Shown here one piece after another: positions 1 through 10,689 of a stretch of 52,913 nucleotides of DNA. Within the stretch, counting starts at the first letter, position 1; each line of letters opens with the position of its first letter. The stretch is from Macrostomum lignano. Its lineage: Eukaryota. The DNA lies in NCBI GenBank assembly GCA_002269645.1, contig NIVC01004257.1, positions 1 through 52,913 of the forward strand, read 5' to 3'. The position numbers and the translations under genes were made by a program. The notes below the pieces were generated by a model. The model did not search any database. It saw only the letters and a list, made by a program, of their open reading frames with translations, and was not told the DNA's origin.

Positions 1-337
1 TGGTAGCTTTTATGCTGGAATCCTAAGAAAGGAAATAAAAACTGGGTCCGGGCGGGGGTAGTGTGGAAAGGGGTGGATTGGAGGGTTTAAGCTGAGGGTA
101 AGAGTCAATAAATGAATCTTGGCTTTATAAATACATCAAAATGCTTCTGTTTAGCTTACTACTGAACTGAAACTAGTTTACACGAAAATGTGCTGAGTGG
201 CCCATCTAGTTATTCTAGTATCTGTGGTTCTGACAAACAAAACAACACACACCCCCACTCCCTTGTCCTGAAAAGCCTGCAGAAGACAACCTCCAGCTTT
301 AAAAAGTTGGTATCAACCGCGCCACTGGGCTACTCAC

Positions 338-772
338 CTGCGGTATCAGCAGATAGTTATACCGATCCACCCGGTCGGCCAAGAAGATCCAAGCCATGTT
401 GAACAGGCTGGCGATGAAGTGCCAGAATAAGAGGCCGGCCGGGGCCAGATCCGGGTCGTTGCACAGGAAGCCGCGGCGCTAGGCGCTCGTCGACAGAGCG
501 TTGTCCAGCAGTGGGCGATCACGACCAGCTGATAGGCATAGATCGCGATCCAGGCGGTGAAGGCCCAACCGACTGGCGTGAAACTGCTGTTAGTAAAGCG
601 CCTCGTTCGCTCCAAGAACGAATTCCACTCGTGTTACCGGACTCGAACAGGCCGATTTTTGACCTATCTCAAGACCGTTTCCGTTGCTCAGATAGCTGGT
701 TGCTATGCTAAACACCAGGGCGATGCTTGCGCACAGCAGTAGAATGCACTTTCCAACTCGCACCGAGCACAT
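338..772 (-). pseudogene. Disrupted first exon of a multi-pass membrane protein (TspO/tryptophan-rich-sensory-like family), with stop/frameshifts
   Basis: ATG at 772 gives hydrophobic MCSVRVGKCILLLCASIALVFSIATSYLS. A second frame gives FTPVGWAFTAWIAIYAYQLVVIAHCWTTLCRR, and a third gives FLCNDPDLAPAGLLFWHFIASLFNMAWIFLADRVDRYNYLLIPQ, ending at a CAG|GTGAGT donor (exon end 338). The TPxGWxFxxWxxIY and NxAWxFLxDR pattern recalls uncharacterised TspO-like proteins (from memory). At least two frame breaks: pseudogene or long-read indel error. Confidence 0.5.
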
Positions 773-2415
773 TGTGTCTGGAGACAGTCAATTGAATGCG
801 TTCTGCGTTTCTTGAGTATGGATCAAAATCTGCATCAAAATCTGTCGTGAAAAAGGATAACTAGAGCGTGTCTGGATTAGCTGAATAAAATTACATGTAG
901 GTTTATTTAATTGATTGGTTACTACAGAAGCAGTCGTCCATTTAAATCTTTGTTTTTCAATATCAGCAAAAATAGACAGCAATATTTTCAACCTGTGTGC
1001 GTACGAACTAAAAGCTGAAAGTGCAGAATTTGTTGTTTTCGACATCACAGCCAATTGAATGCTCTTATAGCTTTACAGAGCTGTTTTCAGATTTTCTCTC
1101 TGTACAAGCTATTCATCATCTCGGCTTTGTGAGCACGAATTAAGGAAAGCTCAAAGCGAAGATTAGACAAAAATTCGTGGCTAGATTACACCATAATTTA
1201 TTTAGCGATCGCGGGAGGCTGCCGCATTGCATTTTCCTTCTATATGCGAGCAGGGGCTTTTAGAGGGATAAGCTTTCCCTATTTGATTCGTTCCCTCCAT
1301 TACTTTCAGATCTCTCCTTAATCTTTGCTTAATTTAAACCCACGTGAAGGCTCACTCACTTTCACAAGCTTTCACAACATTTCCGGAAGCGAAAATGTTT
1401 TTGCTTTTTAGACGAGATTGAGCTCAATGGAACTTCGTCTTTAGTAGCGCTCACACTGATACCCACAGGCCGCGAGAAACTAACAGTCACCTTTCCCCTT
1501 CAATCTTAATTTATTGTTAACTTGCCTTTTCAACAAAAGCTAGTTTTCACTAAGATCCTTTATTCTTATTGGCAGGGACAGAACTTTTAAGAGTAGAAAG
1601 TTCGCACTCCTTAATGGAGAAGGTAAATAGACATTTTAAATCAAATTTACACGTACAAGTAGCGATCAGTTGATTTCCATATTGCTTACCAAATAGCAAA
1701 GCTTTCTTGCAATCTTGCCAAATTTGCTTCTGCAAGCGCTGTCTGTCTGTCTGTCTGGTCTGCTGCTGTTTCAATTCGTTCTCTCGTGTTAGTTTTCCTT
1801 CTCTTGTCAGTATTTTCATGAATTTTAAGGCCACAACCACGCCCTGAGATGTGTAGGCTTGACACAGCCCTGCGCTGTCTCGGTGCAACTCGGAGTTGAA
1901 TGCGTGCTGAGGTAGAGAGATGGGACTCCAGTGCTTGGTCGGTATGTGCTGAATGAGAAGCCTTTGGCTGTGTATCTGCCTCTGCCTGTCTGCCTGTCCG
2001 TCCGTCCCTCTATTTCATAGCAAAAAAACCGAAAGATATTCTTTCTTCGGCAAAATGGAAGTGTGCCTCACCGCCCCCGCTCCCTCGGAGCGCAGGTCGT
2101 CAAGAACCCACCAAATGCAAAAAAAACAAATCTTTTTCGATGCGCTTTAGGTCGAGAAATGCAGAGCCTGCCTAACAAGCAGCTCTCCACCGTGCGCGCT
2201 GTTCAATATTAGTGGCTTTCTGCACTCTCGCACTCGCTTTTCGGCTACAAAACTGCTTAAACACTGTAATGCCTTTGGAAGAAATAATTGATCGACAAAA
2301 GGCCCAGCATATTTCCATGGCTAATGATTGCGCTTGAGCATTTCTCACGGTGCAGTTTTTAAAGCCTGCTCAGAATAATTTTGATCTTCACTTAGAAAAC
2401 TTTCTAAAATTTGGC

Positions 2416-2553
2416 TTGGGGGGCGCTTTAAAAAACCCGAAATATCACAACGTCTAAATACACTGGAGAGACGGGGAGACTATTCGGTGTTGTGAAATTT
2501 CGGGTTTTCATCTTTCGACATTGAGAAATTTCGAGTTTGTGAAACGACCCCAA
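2416..2553. mobile_element. Small foldback / MITE-like element with imperfect ~35-bp inverted ends
   Basis: GGGGCGCTTTAAAAAACCCGAAATATCACAACGTC versus the reverse complement of the right end GGGGTCGTTTCACAAACTCGAAATTTCTCAATGTC. An internal third copy is present (GTTGTGAAATTTCGGGTTT, ~2489-2507). No TSD resolved. Confidence 0.35.
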
Positions 2554-2664
2554 CTGGGAGTAATTTAAAATTTTCTTTAACAAATTCAAGAGGCATATTT
2601 TTTTGAAGATTCTAAAAACTCCTTTGTTAATTATACAATCCTATTCGAGAAATCTTAAATACCT

Positions 2665-2858
2665 TATGGGTATTTTGTTGTACTTTTTATTTGCAACTCA
2701 GTTGTCATAAATTGTCATAAAGTTGTCATAAATTACCATAGACTAATTTCCTTTTACAGTTCTTTCTCGCAGTTAAGTTTCTCGCCCCAAGCCTTCTCGT
2801 CGTTAACTCATAAAATATATTGCAATTCAAATCTAAGTTAAGTTGTAGTTTCACTACA
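2665..2858 (+). repeat. 5' LTR (194 bp)
   Basis: TATGGGTA...TTCACTACA, direct repeat of 5979-6153. Carries three copies of TTGTCATAAA versus one in the 3' LTR. Confidence 0.93.
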
Positions 2859-2861
2859 AAT

Positions 2862-2876
2862 TGGTCCGGTGAGGCG
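2862..2876 (+). promoter_or_regulatory. Putative primer-binding site
   Basis: TGGTCCGGTGAGGCG, 3 nt after the LTR CA end. TGG complements tRNA CCA; cognate tRNA not identified. Confidence 0.55.
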
Positions 2877-3837
2877 GCGAAAGATATTACTCGCATACTC
2901 AATACTCACAGAAGACAAATCCAATGACGGACAGTGCAAGCAACAATTCCGCTCCTACACCACCTACAACCACGCAAGCCGCACCAAGTTCGGCCGCACC
3001 AAGTTTCCAGTGGTTACACATGCAGTAGGAAACGCCGCCGACACCGCTTCAGTCTCCCTGGCCCACCTGAAGCTGCCAATCTTCTATCGCAACAACCCGG
3101 AAGCATGGTTCCTCACGCTGGAGGCCCAGTTTATGCTCAACAGGGTGACCAACGAGACCGCCAAATTTTACCACCTAGTCTCTCATCTACCGGAGGATAT
3201 CGCGGCTCTGCACTTGTCCGCTCAGACTCCAAAACAGTACGAACAACTGAAAACAGCGATTACATCGACTCTGCAAAAGTCCAAGCAGGAGAAGGTTTCG
3301 GAAGTATTGCAAGTCTCGGACCTCGGAGGAGACAAGCCATCAATCTTCATGCGCAAACTCCGGAGCAAGATGGAGCAGTGCCAGATACAGCCCGACGAGG
3401 AACTCCTCAAGGCCACTCTGATGCGCTGTCTTCCACAGGACCTTCGTATCGCACTGTCGGGATTCCAACAGCAGTCATCCCAGTAAATTTCCGAGATTGC
3501 TGACTCGATGTTGGTCGTCAGAGGCCTTAGCTCTCCATCGCCAGCGACAGTTTGCCCAATTCAGCAGGCCGGTGCAGATCGGACACCCCAACAGCGCTTT
3601 GAGCAAGCTCCATACCGACAAGCACCTGGTAAGCCCACTGGAACAGACCCATCTAAGCCTGGCCAACGCCCCGTCGTTTGCCGCTCACACCTCTACTATG
3701 GCCACCGTGCTCGGTCGTGTCGCCCCTGGTGCCAGTTTCCCAAGGACAGCTCGCGTCCGATCCGAGTGCTGCATCCCAATGAAAAAACGCCATCTCAGTC
3801 GCGTTCATCATCACCTTCTCGACAGCCGGAAAACTAA
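2869..3837 (+). pseudogene. Gypsy gag, interrupted by an in-frame TAA (3484-3486)
   Basis: VSLAHLKLPIFYRNNPEAWFLTLEAQF gag N-terminal motif and C-terminal Cys-His box CRSHLYYGHRARSCRPWC. ORFs 2869-3486 and 3508-3837 are in the same frame. The probable ATG (2924) is out of frame with the gag core. Confidence 0.8.
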
Positions 3838-5784
3838 ACTAAACGCACTTCGGCGCTTCCTCGGTGTCGTCGGTTTCTACCGTCGATTCGTTCCCAACTT
3901 TGCCGACCGCATCTGTCCGCTGCAAGACCTACTCACTGCATCACTACAGTCAGCAGGAAACTTCCAATGGACAGAGCAGCATCAGAAATCTTTCGAAAAC
4001 ATCAAACAAGCTCTCTCAGAGAGACTACTGCTGCATCATCCGGACCCCAACTGTACTGCGTACCACCTGTACACTGATGCCTCAGCCGACTGTGTTGGTG
4101 CCGTTCTGCATCAAACCTCTTCAACGGAACGTCACCTCTTGGCATGTTCAGCAAAAAGTTGTCGTCATCTCAAAGGACGTACAGCACGTTCGACCGAGAA
4201 CTACTCGCGGCGTACCTGGCAGTGTTGCACTTCCGCAACCTCATTGAAGGACTGAGCGTGACCTTGTTCACCGATCATAAACCACTAGCTCAGGCCTTCC
4301 ACGCCAATCGCACCACTACGTCAGATCGCAATCAGCGCTACTTGACCGTCTTGTCCGAGTACGTGGCAGATGTCCAGTACATTCGCGGTGCAGACAACGT
4401 AATAGCTGATGCCCTTTCTCGACTGCCTGACTTCCCAGTCAATGATCACGTGTCCAACATCGCAACAGTCGCTGTAGTCGCTGCCCCATCAAGCCAATTC
4501 CCTGTTGATCTGCCCAGTATCGCTGAAGCACAACGACCGGAGTCGTTCTCACCTGCACCAAATATTCGATCGTATTCTCTGGACAAAGACGTCGTCGTTT
4601 GGTGTGAGACGTCAACGCCGTATCCTCGCCCGATCATTCCGCCGTCTCTCCGCGACGCCGTAATTGCCTCCTTCCATCGACTTGGTCATTTCAGCTACCG
4701 TAAAACAGCAAAACTCATCACAGAACGTTACTTTTGGCCCGGAATGCGCAAGTCCATCAAGACCTCCTGCTGGAACTGCCAGGACTGCCAACGGAGTAAA
4801 GTCACTCGCTACACTGTCTCCCCGCAACAGGCCTTCGCATTACCATCAAATCGCATTGAGGCGGTACACATCGATATTGTGGGACCACTTCCACCAGCTA
4901 ATGCTACCACCTTTGGCCACCAGTCTGCCCGCTACCTTCTCACGATGGTCGACCGCTCGACTGGCTGGCTAGAAGCTACACCACTGGAATCAATAACCGC
5001 GGAAGTAGTCGCCCATGCATTCGTCTCGTCTTGGGTCTCGCGCTACGGAGTGCCACTGTATGTAATCACTGATCGGGGGCGCCAGTTCGAATCAGAATTC
5101 TTTCACTCGTCTCGTCATCAATTGGTTTTCATCGATTACGCACAACGGCCTACCACCCTCAAACCAATGGCAAGGTCGAGCGAGCCCATCGCACCCTGAA
5201 GACGATGCTACGTGCCGAGGCAATGACTGGCTGACAGACCTACCTGTGGCTCTCCTCGCGATGCACGTCGCACCTGACGACCAAGGAATATCACCGTTCA
5301 CCAGGGTTACCGGCGAGCTTCCGATGGTTCCGCGCATTCTAACTTCTGAACCACTCGCCCCAACGGACATTCGGACACGGCTGCAGGAACTGCTGACAGA
5401 GTTACCGAGTCCACACGCGAAGACGCACGAACCACGGAGCTACGTGTACCCAAGGACCTGGAAATGGCTGAATTCGTCTGGGTTCGGGTCGATCGCGTGC
5501 GGTCGCCACTCGAGGCGCCGTACTCAGGGCCGTATCGCGTGAAACAGCGAACTGACAAGTTCTTCGTTATTTTCCTACCGTCAGGCAACACCGAATCTGT
5601 CTCTATCGATCGCCTCAAGCCGGCGCGACTTTCGCTTCCGAAGTCGGCTGTTCAGCCGCCCGCGAACTCGCTGCCGGAAAAAGCCGCCAAACCAGAAGAA
5701 CCGAGGGACTCATCACCTCCTATAGCGACCTCTAGCGGCCGCCGAGTCCAATTCCGACGCCATAATGATTACATTTATTATTAA
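3838..5784 (+). pseudogene. Gypsy pol remnant: RT thumb/connection, RNase H, integrase (frameshifted)
   Basis: LRRFLGVVGFYRRFVP; YTDASADCVGAVLHQ; FSKKLSSSQRTYSTFDRELLA; HHCC zinc site (HRLGH...CWNCQDC); HIDIVGPL, TDRGRQFES, HPQTNGKVERAHRTLK; GPY motif EAPYSGPYRV. Frame breaks near 4140 and 5105. Confidence 0.9.
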
Positions 5785-5964
5785 CCTTGTAATGTATAAC
5801 GTCTACTGACTGCTGTTCCAATGTTCTCAATATTTCTCAATGTTCAACCCCTCATATAAAATTTATCTCGTATTTCAACTGTATAACCGCTTCGTTTCAA
5901 TAATTTAAGCCATTCCACCATTTTATAATTCAGTTACAGTCTCTTTTCCCCGTGCTCCGCAATT

Positions 5965-5975
5965 GGAGGGGGGAG
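5965..5975 (+). promoter_or_regulatory. Polypurine tract
   Basis: GGAGGGGGGAG, 3 nt before the 3' LTR. Confidence 0.8.
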
Positions 5976-5978
5976 TCG

Positions 5979-6153
5979 TATGGGTAATTTTGTTGTACTT
6001 TTTATTTGCAACTCAGTTTGTCATAAATTACCATAGACTAATTTCCTTTTACAGTTCTTTCTCGCAGTTAAGTTTCTCGCCCCAAGCCTTCTCGTCGTTA
6101 ACTCATAAAATATATTGCAATTCAAATCTAAGTTAAGTTGTAGTTTCACTACA
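5979..6153 (+). repeat. 3' LTR (175 bp)
   Basis: Direct repeat of 2665-2858, followed by TSD ACCT. Confidence 0.93.
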
Positions 6154-7182
6154 ACCTTTTCAGAGCCTGACGCATCAGCTGACTGCGTAAGCCTGTGCAT
6201 ACTCGAGGATGCTTTCACCCGGCTTTAGCTATATCAGTGCATTTTCAAATTCATATGACTGAGCGAGGCAATACAGCCCCACGCCAGTGATGGCACACTT
6301 GAATTTTAAGGTCTGTGAATCAGGTTTTTTGCTTGATTTTTTCGTCTAATTAAAGGTGAGCCAGATGTCTCAAATGACATCAATAGGCTTCATAAATCCT
6401 TCAATCCAAGGTTAAATTTCGGATTAAAAAACACCTTGCCTTGTGCATTCGGAGTTGATGACATATCTTACGCGTATATGAGCAATGCATAGAGCGATAA
6501 ATCAAAGTAAAAATTTGTGCAAAGGCTACGTCACTGCTAATCAATAGTCAAACTAGAAATCACACTAAAAGCTAAAAAAAGAACTTTCAACATGCCGGTG
6601 ACAACACGGAGGCAACTGAGTTTTGCAATTAGCGGGAGTAAAATAGGTAATCTAGGATATAGTCGGGCCGCTAGTGAGTCTAATGAATTTTTTATGCAGA
6701 GGCCGTCAGTAGATAAATATTTACAACCGGTTTGTTTGAAGGATCGGAAAAAATTTTGGTTTGGAAAGATGATTATGATTACTGTGTTGCTAAAGATGAT
6801 AACAGGTGCGTTGACAGGTGCTAATGTAATAAACAACAAAAACAGAAACTTGATTAGGTCGTATATGCGGCCACAATTAATTACAATTAGAGATAATTTT
6901 GCTAATAATTATAGGGCAGGAGACAAAAACAATAAGGTAAAGTAGCTCACATGAGCTTGTAAAGTTGCCACTACAAGTAGGGGCTCAATAAGTCAATTCG
7001 TTGAAGAAAATTTCAAGGAGGCGTACGACGTAAAATAAACATATTTTATAATTTTTATAGAAATTTTATAGAAATTCAGAAGAGTACCAAAGAGACTTGA
7101 ATGAAAACAATGCTAATTTCAACACCCTCAAACATTGTATTTCACGGTCTAAACGCCAGTAGTTCGACTAATTCTTCAGCAT

Positions 7183-8289
7183 TCAACCAAAATGATCGTC
7201 GGCCCGAATGAGTCGATGCATTTCAATGGCTTCGTTGTTGGCACTGGCGTCTCCGTCGCAGCGCTGCCGATCGCATCGGCGATGGGGCGGGTCGTGCCTC
7301 TGTTGCTGGAAGCACCAACTGCTACCCACCGATCGGCTGTACCGGACAAGCAGGAAGAAGTTCAGGCAGGAGTCAATGGGCTGAAAGACGCCGCCCCAGT
7401 TTGTAAAGTGTTCCAGCAGGCTCAGCGTGTTCGAGTTGAGGCCAGGACCGCTTAGCCCATGCAGCACGTAGCCCGCAGTGATCACGTAGCATAGAGCGAA
7501 AGGAAACTCAAGCAGAACGAATCCGCCCGCCATTAGTAGGACCATCTTGCTGGCCCGCTTGCTACTTCGGTGATAGGCGAAGCGAACCCGCAGGCTGTAC
7601 GCGATGCGACCGGTAAGCACCAGGATACTCAAGCCCGGGAAAAGCACGCCGAAACAGGCGAAGCTCAGGTAGCGCCGCAATTCCTCTCGCACCGCCGCAA
7701 ACTCGGCCGAAGTAAAATTTCCCACTATAAAGTCGCCGTTCTCGCGATCGTCGACGACGCTGTTGCTGAGATCGACGCCGCCAAGCACTGCAGTGGCAAG
7801 CATCGACAGACTAACAAGCACGGCAATCTGAGTGCGGGTTCCAGCTGCCGCCACAGCGATCGATGGACGAAGGAGCGCAGCGGCGCGGTAGAATGTCACG
7901 CACAGTAGCCAATGGTTGCGCACCGTCTGTACACCGTGCAGTAAGAGGCCAGCGCGAGGTGACAACAAGCGCTGGCAGAGAAGATAGCCAGCCAGGAGGC
8001 AGTTCAGCGCCACTTCCAGTCCAGTGAGGGCTGGCACTCCGCAAGCTCGCTCTCGGAGAGTGGTAGGCAACGGTGTACTGCAGTCATGCTGGTTACACCG
8101 CCTTCTAAGTCCTTTGCCGGCGGTGAGCAATGCAGCCAGAGCAGCTGCGTTCATGATGCATGCCAGACAACTCAAACCAAGTGTAATACTAAAGGCGGCC
8201 ACCTCTGCTAGTCCCGTGCCTGCTCCACCGGCCGCGCCGTCAGTAAAGTTTTTGCTGTCGCTGACAGTCTTGCCGCGAATTTGATCCAT
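7183..8289 (-). CDS. Divergent single-exon rhodopsin-like (class A) orphan GPCR, FMRFamide/peptide-receptor-like, 368 aa
   Basis: Multiple hydrophobic helices. TM3 NHWLLCVTFYRAAALLRP (xRxxAxxxP), TM5 FGVLFPGLSILVLTGRI, TM6 FVLLEFPFAL, TM7 DSCLNFFLL. Intact ORF with GC-rich codons. Confidence 0.75.
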   Translation of the reverse strand: MDQIRGKTVSDSKNFTDGAAGGAGTGLAEVAAFSITLGLSCLACIMNAAALAALLTAGKGLRRRCNQHDCSTPLPTTLRERACGVPALTGLEVALNCLLAGYLLCQRLLSPRAGLLLHGVQTVRNHWLLCVTFYRAAALLRPSIAVAAAGTRTQIAVLVSLSMLATAVLGGVDLSNSVVDDRENGDFIVGNFTSAEFAAVREELRRYLSFACFGVLFPGLSILVLTGRIAYSLRVRFAYHRSSKRASKMVLLMAGGFVLLEFPFALCYVITAGYVLHGLSGPGLNSNTLSLLEHFTNWGGVFQPIDSCLNFFLLVRYSRSVGSSWCFQQQRHDPPHRRCDRQRCDGDASANNEAIEMHRLIRADDHFG

Positions 8290-8659
8290 TTGCGTCTTTA
8301 GGCCGTTGTTTTAGCTACTATCTTCCAAAATGTTTTGACTGCTATATAGTCCTACATAGACATGGCATGTTATCCCCTTTATCCAAAAAAGTAACAGGAG
8401 TGAGGGCACAGGTAAGCCTGAGAACAGTCTATCCCATAGCAGCCAATCGTCGACCGTGTCTGAAAACTGTTGGATAAGAAAAAAGTGCTCCAGGACGAAC
8501 TTAGACTGCTATAGTTTTTCAGACGCGCCCATCAGCAATCAGTACTGCACATACTAACTATATTTTCACTAAACTTGAAGAAACTTTCTCAACAATGCTT
8601 TAGCACAGGGCTCGGCAAACTTTTTTTACCTCAATTGCCAGATAAAAGAATCTAGATCA

Positions 8660-8900
8660 TTGTTACGGGCTGGATGAGATGAAAGAGGAAGTGAGAGGGA
8701 ACGGGGAGAGAGAAGAAAAAGAGATGAGATCGAATCGATTAGAGAAGAGAAGAGAGAAGAGAAGAGAAGAAAGGATAGGAGAGGAGAAAGACAGAAGAGA
8801 AGAGAGGAGTGAAGAAACGAGAGGAGATGAGGGTTGAGAGGAGAGTGAAGAGGAGACAAAGGAGAGGAGAAGGGAGAGAGGATGGGACTTAGAAGAGAGC
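8660..8900. repeat. Purine-rich (GAAGA/GAGA) low-complexity tract
   Basis: Runs such as AGAGAAGAGAAGAGAGAAGA. Source of spurious ORF 8626-8982. Confidence 0.75.
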
Positions 8901-10154
8901 CCGTGGGCCGTATAGTTCGACCCCTTCGTCTCGAGGAGCTCGCTCCCTGGCCAAGATAACTAGACAGAAGGATGACAGTCAATGAAAGAGATTGTATGAT
9001 ATAAAAAGTGGGTAGACTTTGTTTGGGACTTGGGAGAAAAAGGGAGCCTGAAATTTCAAACGTGAAACGTGACTTAGCTACATATTTGAAAATTTAGGGA
9101 CAATAATTAAATCCGACGAGAAATTATTTCTCCTCAATTAAGCTTCTTTTCATTTGATATACACATGTTTTCTACGAAAATTTGACATTCAAAGAGTCAA
9201 CTGTGCAATACCATTGTGACAGTGTGATTCGTAGAAGCGTGTATTGTATTTCTTTATTTTCACATGCATACCGTACTACTACTACTGTATTCTTTCATTT
9301 ATTTTAACCGCTACGGCGCTACGTATTTTAACCGCTACGTATTTTAATTCGTACGTATTATTATCGCGCTATTTTTACTGTTAATTGCTTTGTTTTTTAC
9401 TTTGTAGCCTCGTATGTATTTATACAATGTTTATACAATATTTATACTAAGAACGCAGCTGCTCTGGCTGCATTTGTATTTCATTCATATCGTTATTATT
9501 TATCGTAAAGTAGTTCTACCTATGTACATGTACTGACGTATGTTATTCTTGCATGATATATTTATCGATTAATTTGTACATGTACATTGCGCGCCGCGTG
9601 GGGGTTTGGGTTTTGGATTAGGGGTGTTGTAATTGTTATCTGTTTACCTACCAATTAAATATACCCTTGCAGTCAGCCGCCGCTCTCTCCCTTCGCTACT
9701 GGGTTTTCGCTCCGCTTCTCGCGGCCCCTTCAATTGCTTTCAATTGCTTTAGTCGCACTAAAATTAAGCAGCTACCAATCCAAACCTAACCTTTAATTCA
9801 ACATACCAAATCTGAAATCTGCAATTTACGCTAAGGGAAATCGGCTGCTGGCTCTAGATTATTAAATTTAACCGCTACACAAACCGTACGTCTTCCCGCC
9901 TTTATTCGTCACACCATGCTGCATTGAAACGCTATACATTGAAAGGCCCTCGCGAGTCGCGACAAAGGTAGTTGTTTATAATTATGACCATATGTAAAAG
10001 TACTGTAAACCACAGATACTACTAGCAATCTTCGCCCCCCGTTGGGGGACATCTGTATAGAACCTCTGTTCTCTACAAGTAGCAAAAAGATAGCCAAAAA
10101 AGGCCTTCACAAAAAAAAACAGACAAAATACTCAAAGGAAGCAAAAAGAAATCA

Positions 10155-10605
10155 TCCCAAGACAGCAAGCATCCCCCAGATAGCAAGCATCTTCCAGATT
10201 ACAAGCAACCCCCAGATAGCAAGCATCCCCAGATAGCAAGCATCCCCCAGATAGCAAGCATCCCCCAGATAGCAAGCATCCGCCAGATAGCAAGCATCTT
10301 CCAGATAGCAAGCATCCGCCAGATAGCAAGCATCTTCCAGATTACAAGCAACCCCCAGATAGCAAGCATCCCCCAGATAGCAAGCATCCCCCAGATAGCA
10401 AGCATCCCCCAGATAGCAAGCATCCCCCAGATAGCAAGCATCCCCCAGATAGCAAGCATCCGCCAGATAGCAGGCATCTTCCAGATTACAAGCAACCCCC
10501 AGATAGCAAGCATCCCCCAGATAGCAAGCATCCCCCAGATAGCAAGCATCCGCCAGATAGCAAGCATCCCTACATAGATAGCATCCCCAAATAGCAAGCA
10601 TCCAC
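10155..10605. repeat. 18-bp minisatellite, ~25 copies
   Basis: Unit CCCAGATAGCAAGCATCC with a recurring variant TCCAGATTACAAGCAACC. Confidence 0.92.
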
Positions 10606-10689
10606 CAGACAATAAGTAGCTAGTGCGATAATTTCCTTAGCATTATAGTGGCTCCTTTAAAATTCGCTTACTTTTATGTTTGAAATTGT

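Larger units (their letters stand above)
2665..6153 (+). mobile_element. Ty3/Gypsy LTR retrotransposon, internally deleted (no protease/RT core)
   Basis: Two near-identical LTRs, 4-bp TSD ACCT (2661-2664 and 6154-6157), TGG-starting PBS-like site, polypurine tract, and gag, RT-thumb/RNase H, integrase in Gypsy order. Confidence 0.93.

Noticed and set aside
6537-6945. Overlapping 100-117-aa ORFs
   Set aside because: AT-rich, no recognisable motif or splice support.
8606-8630. hAT-like terminus CAGGGCTCGGCAAAC
   Set aside because: No matching inverted end or TSD found in the window.
10132-10612. DACYLG / MLAIWG repeat ORFs
   Set aside because: Artefact of the 18-bp minisatellite.
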